DNA from: Patellaria atrata CBS 101060
Lineage: Eukaryota
DNA length: 64,000 nucleotides
Assembly: GCA_010093705.1 (NCBI GenBank)
Contig: MU006095.1
Location: 1-64,000 of the forward strand
Reading direction: 5' to 3'
Part shown: positions 13,019-23,189 of the stretch, in pieces
Layout of the letters: each line of letters starts with the position of its first letter
Position numbering within the stretch: position 1 is the first letter of the stretch
The notes under the pieces: model-generated
What the model was told of the DNA's origin: nothing
What the model saw: the letters and a program-made list of their open reading frames with translations, nothing else
The model's database searches: none
Position numbers and translations under genes: made by a program

Positions 13019-14560
13019 TTATAATTATAATTTAAATATATTATTTAAAATCTTTAATTATTATAATATTTATAATAATAAAGATTTTAATAAAATTTAT
13101 AAATATATATTAAAATAATTTATTATTATTTATATATTAATAAAAATAAAATTTAATATTTTAAAAGTTTTATAATAATTTTTCTTTATAAATATATTAA
13201 AAAATATATTTTAAAAAATTAATAAAAAGCTTTTATTAATATAAAAAATATATTAAAAGTATTTATATTTTAATAATAAAAAATAGATTATATTAAATAA
13301 TTAAAATATATATAATAAATAAAAAAATATATAAAATATTAAAATATTATTTTTTAAATAATAATTTTTAAAATTTTAATTAAAATAACTTTTATATTTA
13401 TTAAAAATAAATAATTAATATATTTTTATTATATATATTTATATATATATATATATTAAAATACTTTAATTATTTAAAATTAAATATATTATTTATTTAA
13501 TTATTTTTAAAAATTAAAATTTTTTAATTATAATAATATATTATAATATTAATTCTATATTTTTTATATTAAATATTTAGTTTATTTATAAGAAATCTTT
13601 ATTAAATTAAATATAGAAAAGATCTTTAAATATTAATTAATTAAATAGAAAATAATTAAGTTAAAACTTAATAAAATAAAATTATTATATATAAATATTT
13701 AGTTTATAATATTATTATTTCTTAACTTAATCTTTATATTTAATAGTTAATAATAGAGATAATTAAAATATAATTACTATAATTATATTATATTATTATA
13801 TTAATTATATAATATATTTATCTTTTTATATTATATAAAAATATAAATATAATTTTTATAAATAATAAAAAATAAAATTTTATATTTTATAATATATATA
13901 TTTTAAATAATTATAATTTATTTCTAATTATTTAATTAAATAAAATTAAATTTTATATATTTTTTTATATTTATAATAATTTTTATTAATTTAATTATAT
14001 TTATTTAAAAGTTAGTTTTATCGAAATTATAAATATTATTATTATAAATATTATATTTAATTTTTATTTTTTTAATAAATTTAAATTATATATTAATTAT
14101 TTTAAAATTATTTTTAATTTATTTAAATATATTATTAAATTTTTAAATTAATTTTTATTTATTTATTTATTTATTTTATATATTTAAATTAATATAAATA
14201 TAATAAATATAAAAAAAGTTTTATATTTAAAATATTTAAATATTAAATTAAATTATAAAAGATAAAAATATTTAAAAATATTTTTTTTATATATTTTAAT
14301 TTTTTATAATTATTTTTATTATTAAATTTCTTTATTATATTATTTTTATATAATATATTTTATTTTATTATAAATATTTTTATAATATATATTTTTTTTT
14401 ATTTTATTAAATTTATTTTAATAATTAATTATATTAAATAAAAAATTAAATATATTTTTAAATATATTTTATTTTATTTTAATAAATATAAACTTTAATT
14501 ATAATAATTAAATTAAAAAGTAAAAAAAAATTTTAATTAAATAGTTTATTATTATAAAGT
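13019..14560. repeat. AT-rich RIP relic block, continuing the right arm of the fold-back
   Basis: Same composition as 1-5775; homologous to the reverse complement of 3780-4700. Confidence 0.9.
13529..13800. mobile_element. 272-bp RIP-eroded insertion (solo LTR or MITE)
   Basis: Absent from the left arm of the palindrome; flanked by a TTAAT duplication (13524-13528 and 13801-13805); 12-bp inverted termini tataataatata/tatattattata. Confidence 0.7.
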
Positions 14561-14561
14561 T

Positions 14562-14631
14562 TATATCGATAGAATCTTAACTCTATTAAATAAGGAATGG
14601 TAGAGAGTTACTATCTATAACATTATTATAA
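14562..14631 (+). repeat. ~70-bp direct repeat, left RIP-mutated copy (partner 20781-20850)
   Basis: tatatcgatagaatcttaactctattaaataaggaatggtagagagttactatctataacatt vs tatatcgatagaacctcgactccatcgaataatgaatggtggagagttactacctatgacatc. Confidence 0.85.
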
Positions 14632-15165
14632 GAAGAGAGCGATTACTTTAATCCTCGGCCCGTCTTAAATAGCTGTGTACGTTGACACATCCTCATTACA
14701 TCAAAGAGCAGCCGAACTTCAATCAAAACCAGCAGTTTCGAGCACTCAAGCGGGACCAAACCGAAATGGAACAATCAATCTTCTCGTTCCTCGAGACTCA
14801 CGAGGCTGCTTCTATCAGAGTCCTACGATATCATCGATCGCAACTTAAGACCCCTCTAGCTAGCTTGATTCACGCCCGAAGTGAAGATGCTCCGTCGCGA
14901 ATTGAATATCTATGGAGACTACAACAATAAATACACTCCGGGTAGAATCAGGATGGTATATATCTCTCCGCCCGAGAATCCTGACATAGTAGAACCTTTG
15001 CTATCAAAGTGGGAGCGTAGCAAGTACTCAATAAGAGCCTCGAATATGGAGACTACACTTATAAACTATAAGTACACCTACCGCCTCCCATGTCCTCTGG
15101 ATCATCTCTTGTGCTGTTCACTCATCAGTGGCTATTCTCTCAGTGTAGGTTCGACATGGAGATGA
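14562..15165 (+). pseudogene. Unidentified degenerate coding relic
   Basis: The repeat's frame runs through TAA/TAG codons into ORF 14682-14930; no family recognised. Confidence 0.3.
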
Positions 15166-15904
15166 ACCCCTCGACCTACAGCTCCGTAGTCTTCTATCCT
15201 TTATATTTTTAAGTTAATAACCTGCTGTCTCTAGGGCCAACGTACATTTAATCAACTGTCTACTTATTTACAGCCTCCGTAATCCGTAGAGTCCACCATT
15301 GTATATGCTTTGTGCACAGATTGCAGCTTAGTCGGCCTAGATCGGCAGAACATCTCAGTCTTTCCTTATTCTGTACCGTACACTATCTTCGTTGATAGAT
15401 CCATTCGTAACAAACCGTAGATAAATCTTATTAACTGAACATCTGCTCAGCCGGTATTCCGTCCAATCTCCTCTTTTAAAATGAGTTAAGTGAGAGTGAT
15501 TTAGAGTATGATGAGGGAATAGTATGGAAGCGTGGAAGGTACTCTGAGTGACGTTGGTACTCGCTCTGTACGTGAGAGAGATGAATTAGCTTGTCAATGT
15601 AAAACATTGACCAAAACTGGGTACTGATACTCTATTATGGGCTCTTTTCCAAGTTAGGTTCTCTCCCCGCTGCCAAAGGCTTCCCTTACATTATACAATT
15701 GGAAGAGTGGCTCGATTAGATGGTATTACCACATGAAAAATAGTCACAAATAGGTAGTAAATCAACAGCTAAAATCTCGAAAGTGGAGAGTCGGCAATGC
15801 TATTGTGATTGCACGCTATCATAGCTGGACGCCGTCCACACCGACTATAGAAACCGTACAACCGCTTATGCGTTTTGAGATCCCTCGCATATTAGTGTAA
15901 TAAC

Positions 15905-16690
15905 CTATTCCTCATCCTCATCACCCTCATCATCATCCTTCTTCTCAGCAGCCTTGGCCTTCTTTCTCCTTACACGACCAGGGCGCCCACCACCGAATGG
16001 AGAGGTGAGCGCGAAATCGATGTGCTTCTGGGAATCGAGGCGAACCACAAAGGATGGGACGTTGACGATCTGCTTACCGACGCTGTGATTGACTATTAGC
16101 GAAAGAATTAGAGTAAATGGAGTGGGATATTTACCGGATATGCCTCTGCTTGATCAAGACACGAGCGTGATGGATGGACTTAGCAAGACCGAGCTTGTAA
16201 ACGCAGGTCTGCAGACGGCGCTCCAAGAAATCCTCGATCTTGAGCGCGAGCACGTAATCGAGCTTCATGCGGGATTCGTCGAGCACACCGACACGGACGA
16301 GACGGCGAATGAGGGCGTTCCCTTCGAAAAGGCGCTTGGGGTCTTTCTCATCGAGAGTGAGAAGCTGACTGTGGAATGATTTGTTATCAGCAAGCAATCA
16401 AGACACACGACGCGCTTTTGTATATTAAGAAAAGAGATTGCATACCGTGCAGCACGACGAATCTTGGACAGCGTCAACTGCACACGCCACACCTCTCGCT
16501 TGTTGCGGAGACCATATTCGCCAACGGTTTTCAACTCAGCATCCCTATTGCACGTATTAACACCATCTTCAACGACATGAAGCAGAGATCAAGCTCATGC
16601 TCAGTGGCCGTGAATCGCAACGTACAGACGGGCGGATTCGAATGGACGACGGGGGACCTTGTAGGTCTTGGAATAACTCCTGGGAGCCAT
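15905..16690 (-). CDS. RPS9: 40S ribosomal protein S9 (uS4), 4 exons
   Basis: [22 protein letters not shown] / [17 protein letters not shown] / [19 protein letters not shown] / [27 protein letters not shown] introns. Confidence 0.97.
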
Positions 16691-17008
16691 TGTCGTCGGT
16701 GTTGTCAGGTTATTTGTTGACGACGACGAAGTTCCTCAATATCGGCGTCGAGATGTAGTTCGATTTCTTCGTGATTCTCACTCTTGGGATTGCTAGAGGT
16801 GAGTTGTGCGGAGCCTCGCTTAGCCGTGACGGCAGATCTATTTCCCCGCTTACCGAGCCTCACACACTCGGGTTCTTGGGCGCTAGGAAATTGCATTAGC
16901 GAACGACAATTGCCTCCCGTCCGAAATATTAACAACAGCGTGAGCACGACCGACACCATTTATTGACACTGAAAGTTAATTCTATCGACAGTCAAGACAT
17001 CGGTCACA
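16691..17008. promoter_or_regulatory. Shared bidirectional promoter of RPS9 and RPL21
   Basis: 318-bp gap between divergent ATGs of two ribosomal protein genes. Confidence 0.65.
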
Positions 17009-17598
17009 ATGGGTCACTCCGCTGGTTTAAGAGCTGGTACCCGATACGCCTTCAGCCGGGGCTTTAAGAAGCGCGGTTACATCCCCCTCTCGACATACCT
17101 AAGACAATACAAGTGAGGACTCCACGTTATGCTCCCAGGTATCTAGAAATTGACAGAGTATACAGAGTCGGCGATATCGTAGATGTAGTCGCAAACGGAG
17201 CTGTACAGAAGGGGTCCGTCTATCCCTACCCACCCCCTTTGCAACCGCAAAACTAATAAAATCACAGCATGCCCTACAAAGTCTACCACGGAAAGACGGG
17301 CGTCATTTACAACGTGACCAAGTCCGCCGTCGGCGTCATTCTACAGAAGCAAGTCGGCAACCGCTACATCGAGAAGCGCGTCAACGTTCGCATCGAGCAC
17401 GTCCGCCTATCCCGATCGCGAGAGGAGTTTTTGGTCCGTGTGAAGGATAACGCGGCGAAGAAGAGGAAAGCAAAAGAGGATGGCACGCCCGTGAACTTGA
17501 AGAGGCAACCGGTGGGCCCGCGCGATGCGAGAACAATCAGCCTGGCGGATAACGCTCCGGAGAGCATTGCGCCAGTCGCATATGAGACAACGATTTAA
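17009..17598 (+). CDS. RPL21: 60S ribosomal protein L21 (eL21), 3 exons
   Basis: [17 protein letters not shown]...[39 protein letters not shown]...YETTI. Confidence 0.97.
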
Positions 17599-17950
17599 GT
17601 GGGTGCAGGTTTTCGATGTGGGAAGGACATGACGGAAGGCCGATGTTGAGCAAAATGCATGATGAGGGTCTTTTATTGCTGCATCAAATGCTAGCATGTG
17701 TATTTAGGGTCTCTTAAGAATCAAGACCGTCCATTGTGTTCTGCATTTAACCCAAGTCCTGACATATCTCTGCACAAATTGCACGTTTTCCACAGTGACT
17801 GTTGTAAGGAAAGATTAATCTACATTGGGAGAAAAAGGCGCTGAGGAGTGAATAACACAAGGAATCAGATGACACGCAATCATTAAGAAATGTCAATGTA
17901 TTAAGCTATTTCGAGAGAATTAGTGAAAGCTACTAGAGCATGTATCTTAT

Positions 17951-19049
17951 CTACTGGTTGGCATTATAGCCAAAGAACTCGTGGTCAACAAGACCTCCAC
18001 GTCCAAAAATGCTTCCCGGGAAAACCACGGGAAGGGGCGCAACATAGTTGTCCTCCATTTGCTTCTCGAGGCTCTCGTATGGGATGATGGCGCGATCTTT
18101 GGCTTCATCGGCCATGGTGGGAAGGTAGGGATCGACGCGCTCTAGGATGGGCCAGGAATCCTCTTTCTCCTGGAAGCCAGGCTGATCGTTCCACTCGTCC
18201 ACCATGCATGAAAGAACATTGTCCTGTCCTGCAATACCAAGAATACCTTGACCATATCCGTAGTTGTTCAGCTCGAATTCTGGTTGTTGAATTGCAACTG
18301 TTGCTACCTTGTGTTTCGTTCCACGGCGTTTCTTGTCACCAGCCTTGCGCGGCTGGTACTGATAGTTAGGATAGGTGAGCGCATGGATGCGCTTCGCCTC
18401 AGCAGCCATGTCCTGATAGGCCTTCTTCACGTCCTGCTGCTCATTCTTCCACTGAATTCCAATGACCTTGGCTAGACGCTTATTAGAACAAGTGCGGCGA
18501 AATAAGTGAGCAAACTTACAGATATCATTGTTGTGAATGCCTGGGCATTCCGAAAGGACTTTCGAATGATGGTGCTGACGGTAGAGGATGAATGCATTGG
18601 GTGGACGAGGGATTTTCGAAGCACTCTTTCTGGACTTCTTCGACTCGAGACTCGGTCCCGGAGCAACTGGGGATGGCGCATCAGCTTCAAAGGGGCCGGT
18701 AGTGCTCGAAGAGGTTGTGACTTCCACAGGAGGCTCCGGCGGGAACAGCACGATGGCTCCCTTATGGGACATTTTCTCGGGAACGACACTAATCATAGTT
18801 CTATTCGAATTAGACAAATTCATTACATAACCAAACAAGATGTGAATGCGCTGAGACATACTGATAACGGTCAATGATGACTTTGATGCCATCATTTCCG
18901 AGAGCGTTGGTGGTAGGAGCATCCAGTGACATAATCGCATTATGTCCAAGAGAGTTGAGTGCGATTTGCCAAGCATTCTCGATCGTCTGTTGCTGGGCGT
19001 GGAGAACAGAGCGCTGACTCTGGTTTGTTATAGCTATGATAAAGAACAT
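17951..19049 (-). CDS. MAT1-2-1: Mating-type HMG-box protein MAT1-2-1, 3 exons
   Basis: KIPRPPNAFILYRQHHH...HNNDIS|KVIGIQWKNE...YPNYQYQPRK. A 48-bp intron at 18472-18519 splits the Ser codon, as is typical of MAT1-2-1. First intron 18801-18861; frame intact. Confidence 0.93.
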
Positions 19050-19462
19050 GAAGTCTTAAAGTGAGTAGAATTGAAGAATGTGCGAAGGACGAAGCAGAAG
19101 GAGGTTGAAAGGGAGATGCTGAGAGGGTGCCGAGAAAAAGTGTTGTAGGAAGAAGGGCAGGCTGGGGGAGTTATATTGCAAGCTCGCTAGCCGTTGAATC
19201 CACAAGCGAGCTCACGAGGACATAATTGACTCAGCAGACACTGCACAGAATTGAGGGGGTTAGGGCGTTGCCCTAGCAACGCTCGCGGGGCGGTGTAAGT
19301 CTATTAAAAATGAGTCACAACCAAAATCCGATATGCTACAGCGGGGAATGCCCGAAGCCCACCCGCGCGTGATGGTCAACGTCGTTTGTTTAAGGCTTCA
19401 CACACTTACCAACAACTTCAGCGAGCTCTTCCTAATAGAACACCAATTATCCCCGTACAAAC

Positions 19463-20209
19463 ATGAACATCTATCGACGATTATACCCTAAGCCCATCGA
19501 AGTGCGTCGATCGGAGCGATTTACGAAAGCCACGCGGAAGAGATGGCCTACTCGCCGTACTAGTGGGAATGGTCAAGGTTGTATTCCCAGAGACTGGCTC
19601 AATCGTGCATCGGCGTTTAGTATGGTCCACCAAGTTGAATTTCACACCGATGTACAACTCGAAAAAGATAAAGTTCTTGAGTTATCCAGGTTGCTTCGGA
19701 AGGTTCAAAAGGTCGCAGCCAAGATGGTAGTTATTGCGAGTGAACCGAGTAAGCCCCAAAGAAACGACCAGGAAAATGCTATGGTGCGTTGCGCTATACG
19801 CGAACTGATGCGAAAGTCAGTATCTATATTCCTACGAAACGTAAATGGAGTAATTACGTTAATCCCTCAGTAGGATAACCAGAACCCATATAATGAACTG
19901 TAATATTCTGGCTAGCGATACCAGGCATCGGGCAGCATTACAAAGTATATTCCAAGTTTCGCCACGGCCAAACGATGCTGAGTATCGTTATTTGATGCAA
20001 GTAGGAAACGGGTTAGGATTCGATCAGGACGTTAGAGAGTGGTGTAAGTCCTATACTTCTTGTACTCTACCGTACGATCACAGTGGGCTAACAGTAGAAA
20101 AGTCGAATGTGAAAGGGAACGACTCCGGACTTTGCGAATCATGAAATACTTCTGGACCAAAAAGGCAAAAAGCCTGCACCGGAAGGAGAAAGGGAGAGGT
20201 AGTGGATAG
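19463..20209 (+). CDS. Accessory MAT1-2-linked gene, ~209 aa, 3 exons, with a C-terminal homeodomain-like segment
   Basis: Predicted introns 19816-19873 and 20044-20102 give ...RAALQSIFQVSPRPNDAEYRYLMQVGNGLGFDQDVREW/FECERERLRTLRIMKYFWTKK...; divergent from MAT1-2-1. Confidence 0.65.
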
Positions 20210-20533
20210 TGTTCGGTACGCAATTCAGAGGAGAAAGCGAGGAGATAAGAGAACGGCTCTGCTCTGGAGAAGGCATGTCTTACTCAGACAAAGGTCTGAT
20301 ACCATCGAAGTGCGTATGTGTTAGCGAAACGAAAGCACCGAAGATGGACAAAAATAAAAGGTTCCTTTGTCCTCCAGAACTGCAAACGTAGAACTACCAG
20401 CGTACTACGCAATTGCTCTATATCTAGAATACTAGGATAGTGTGCTAAACCATTCCTAGTATTACCTTGTTTCCGACTACCTATAGGTACCTTAGTGAGG
20501 TCGGTTTGATGCGTGACGTTCATTTTAAGATAT

Positions 20534-20779
20534 TGTTACGAACATGGAAGTAGCCAGTGAGGGCGCGACGGGGGAACGTCGGAAGAGGAACGGAGATATA
20601 AGTCACGTGACTATGGTGATCAGTGTGATCAGTATAGTCAATTAAACTAATCTAATATATTAGTATAGTAGTTATAGCTAATCGAATTAGATTTAACTAG
20701 TGTAACCTAACTACTGTATAAAAAGATTAGATTAAATTAAAGAGAAGAAGAGGTTATAGCTAAACAGTCTACCGTTACA
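20534..20779. mobile_element. Solo LTR, 246 bp, partly RIP-mutated
   Basis: TGTTACG...CGTTACA termini; ATAT duplication at 20530-20533 and 20780-20783; TpA-rich interior. Confidence 0.75.
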
Positions 20780-20780
20780 A

Positions 20781-20850
20781 TATATCGATAGAACCTCGAC
20801 TCCATCGAATAATGAATGGTGGAGAGTTACTACCTATGACATCGTCACAG
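20781..20850 (+). repeat. ~70-bp direct repeat, right less-mutated copy (partner 14562-14631)
   Basis: Ungapped alignment with about 15 mismatches, all but one being C>T or G>A in the left copy. Confidence 0.85.
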
Positions 20851-21061
20851 TTCTATTTTAATTTTGCTTTAATTCTACCGCGGGACGCTCCCTAACTAAA
20901 AGGAGACTTGCCGATACATACCCCCGGCCATGCTCTTGGCCTGCCATCCTTAAGTAACCTCACATCATCCTCACCTGTGAAAGACACATCGACAGCGAGC
21001 AAATAACGTTCTCATACCAATTCATCTATCTTGAAAACTGCGACTACCCGATATACTTTCA

Positions 21062-21721
21062 ATATTGCAGCGTCTTTTCGCGCGACACTTGTCCCCAACC
21101 ACACGCCTCTTGAGCTTACGTTCTACTCGTCGCACCTACGGCAGTGAACTCGCGGATGTGGAAGACAATTCCTTCAATCGAGAAAGAGCAGCGGTTAAAC
21201 ATCATGCAGAGTAGACAAGTGGTAAACCGAAAGACACTCTGAGTTCTTCCATGACTGACTTGTGGGGATCGGAAGATACCTGGCGTAAACTTTCAAACTG
21301 GTAAGCTGTCCGCCAATATATATTTAATCTAACGTAGCCGCTCGACTTGTGCTATTATAGAGCTAATAATTATAGAGCGCCGTCGTTCCTAACATCATAT
21401 TTGCGGGAGCTAATGCGTGGATTCTGTGGAATGAGCACTGGGAGCATTTCGCCCACGGTTCGTCTCTAGAGGAAAAGACCGAATACTCCTATCCCAACAT
21501 AAGGTTTAAGAACTACTTCTGGGAAGACGGTGATAAGGTTAGTCCCAAGCAGTCCATCATAACATACATAATTCCATATTAGGTATTCCTTCACAGCTTT
21601 ACGATTGCGGTTCACTTGACAACTGTCACATATACATATCCATATATATATATATACTAATGTGAGTCTATTGCAGACACTTTCCTGGAACGATAAATTC
21701 AATTATCACAGGAAAATGTAG
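21062..21721 (+). pseudogene. COX13: Cytochrome c oxidase subunit VIa pseudogene, 4 exons
   Basis: Spliced: (ATA)LQRLFARH...DNSFNRERAAVKHHAE*TS/DTWRKLSN/AVVPNIIFAGANAWILWNEHWEHF...EYSYPNIRFKNYFWEDGDK/TLSWNDKFNYHRKM. ATA occupies the start position; in-frame TAG at 21212-21214. Confidence 0.88.
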
Positions 21722-22159
21722 TAACGGGAAACATTAGTGCACGACCATGTGTAGCCAGGTCGCTATATTCTAGTTGGAGGACGGATTCCCTAAGCAATCA
21801 AGGGACAAGTTTACAAAGCTGATCATCTTGCCTCTATGTGCTTTCGAACATTGATGACGTATTGTGAGATGTGCCGCGATGCAGGTGATGCTTTTCTATG
21901 AGTCAGAGTTTGATGTCACCTGGCCAGTTGCTGCGGCGGTTGCCCGGGTGACGCAAAATAATAATGGCCCAGCCTCCCCATTATCGGTGATTGCATGTGC
22001 TCAAATTAAGCGAGCAGCACCGCAGCCGACCTTTTTAAATTCTTTGTTCCTCTGCCTCCTCTTCCTTTTTACAACCTCTTTGTTCCAACCTTTGAGACCG
22101 CTTTCGCACACGCATTTGGAACAATCCTCATTGAACTTCGACAACTCCTTTCGCTCATC

Positions 22160-23189
22160 ATGTCAGAAGAATCCGTTGCAGCTCAAATGGCAGCCTTCAT
22201 GAACTCTTGCAATGAAACGCAGCTCAAGGCAATCCGAGGGTGGCTCGACAAGAATCCCATCGCTGTGGAGGGTCCGGCCACCACAATCTTGGATACTGGT
22301 CGCCCTGCGACCCACCCGCGTCGTAGACGCATTACTCAAGATGGTTCGGCCATGAGGCCCTTGAATAGTTGGATGGCCTTTCGAGGTAAGCTACCATGTA
22401 AGCATAGCAGTCATGTGAAGCACAGTACTAATGTTTACAGGCTATGTGAACAGCGGCCTTTGTGGCGGCTGGAAACAAATGGACGCTTCGGCATTCATAC
22501 GTTGTTTGTGGCGTTCGGACCCTACGAAGAACAAATGGGCTATCATCGCGAAGGCCTATTCGGAAATCCGCGACACGGTTGGCAGAGTTAACATAGATTT
22601 GAAAGAGTTCCTGGACCTCGTGTGTCCTGAACTCGGCCTTGTCCCTGCGGATGCGTATCTAGAGGTCTTCGGTTGGGTGACCCAGGAGAATGACGGTGTG
22701 CGAACCGTCCATCGCGTAGCAAACTTCGATGCGACCAGCCTCCATCCCGACATCTTGTACACCAACAAGACGTCCACCGATCTCGTCCATTTTTGCGAGC
22801 AAAAGGGATTTTTTTTCAAACCATCTGTTGCACCAACCGCCAATGCTTCGGGTGTCAGCCTCGCCATGGTAGCCCGTCCGGCTACGGAGAACAACGTTGA
22901 CGCGTCAGTCACAGCCGGTGGAGACTCAAAGGTTGTCTATGACGATGACAATTTCCCGGAGAAAGGACCTCTGCATCCCCGAGCTGCAGTCGAAGGACAG
23001 GCAGTCCTCCTCGTCATCGGTGGGTCAAAATATCCGCACAATGACCAGTTCCAACCCGACGATGAGAACACCCTTCTACAGTTCGATGACGCTCTCGGTG
23101 CCGACTTCAACCACTTCGATATTTGCAACTTCACTATGGGAAGTTGTTTAGATTTCTCTATGTATGATCCGGAGTTCAACACCTACTAG
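22160..23189 (+). CDS. MAT1-1-1: Mating-type alpha-box protein MAT1-1-1, 2 exons
   Basis: RPLNSWMAFR/GYV...WKQMDASAFIRCLWRSDPTKNKWAIIAKAYSEIRD; intron 22386-22440 at the usual alpha-box position; frame intact. Confidence 0.93.

Larger units (their letters stand above)
3780..14185. repeat. Large fold-back inverted duplication: left arm ~3780-5190, spacer ~115 bp, right arm 5305-5775 plus 13019-14185
   Basis: 4861-4920 is the reverse complement of ~5556-5615. The reverse complement of 4200-4700 resumes immediately after the retroelement at 13019, and that of 3780-4190 matches 13801-14185. Confidence 0.85.

Noticed and set aside
17951..18976. The 341-aa ORF as the true MAT1-2-1 protein
   Set aside because: It reads through a 48-bp in-frame intron and starts in the wrong frame; the spliced model from 19049 fits better.
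14562..20850. Claim of currently active unidirectional mating-type switching
   Set aside because: The repeats are about 20% diverged and the deletion would remove RPS9 and RPL21; kept only as a hypothesis.
20781..20850. Repeat as a fragment of APN2 or CIA30
   Set aside because: No convincing motif in any frame; the minus-strand CDDVIGSNS resemblance is too short.
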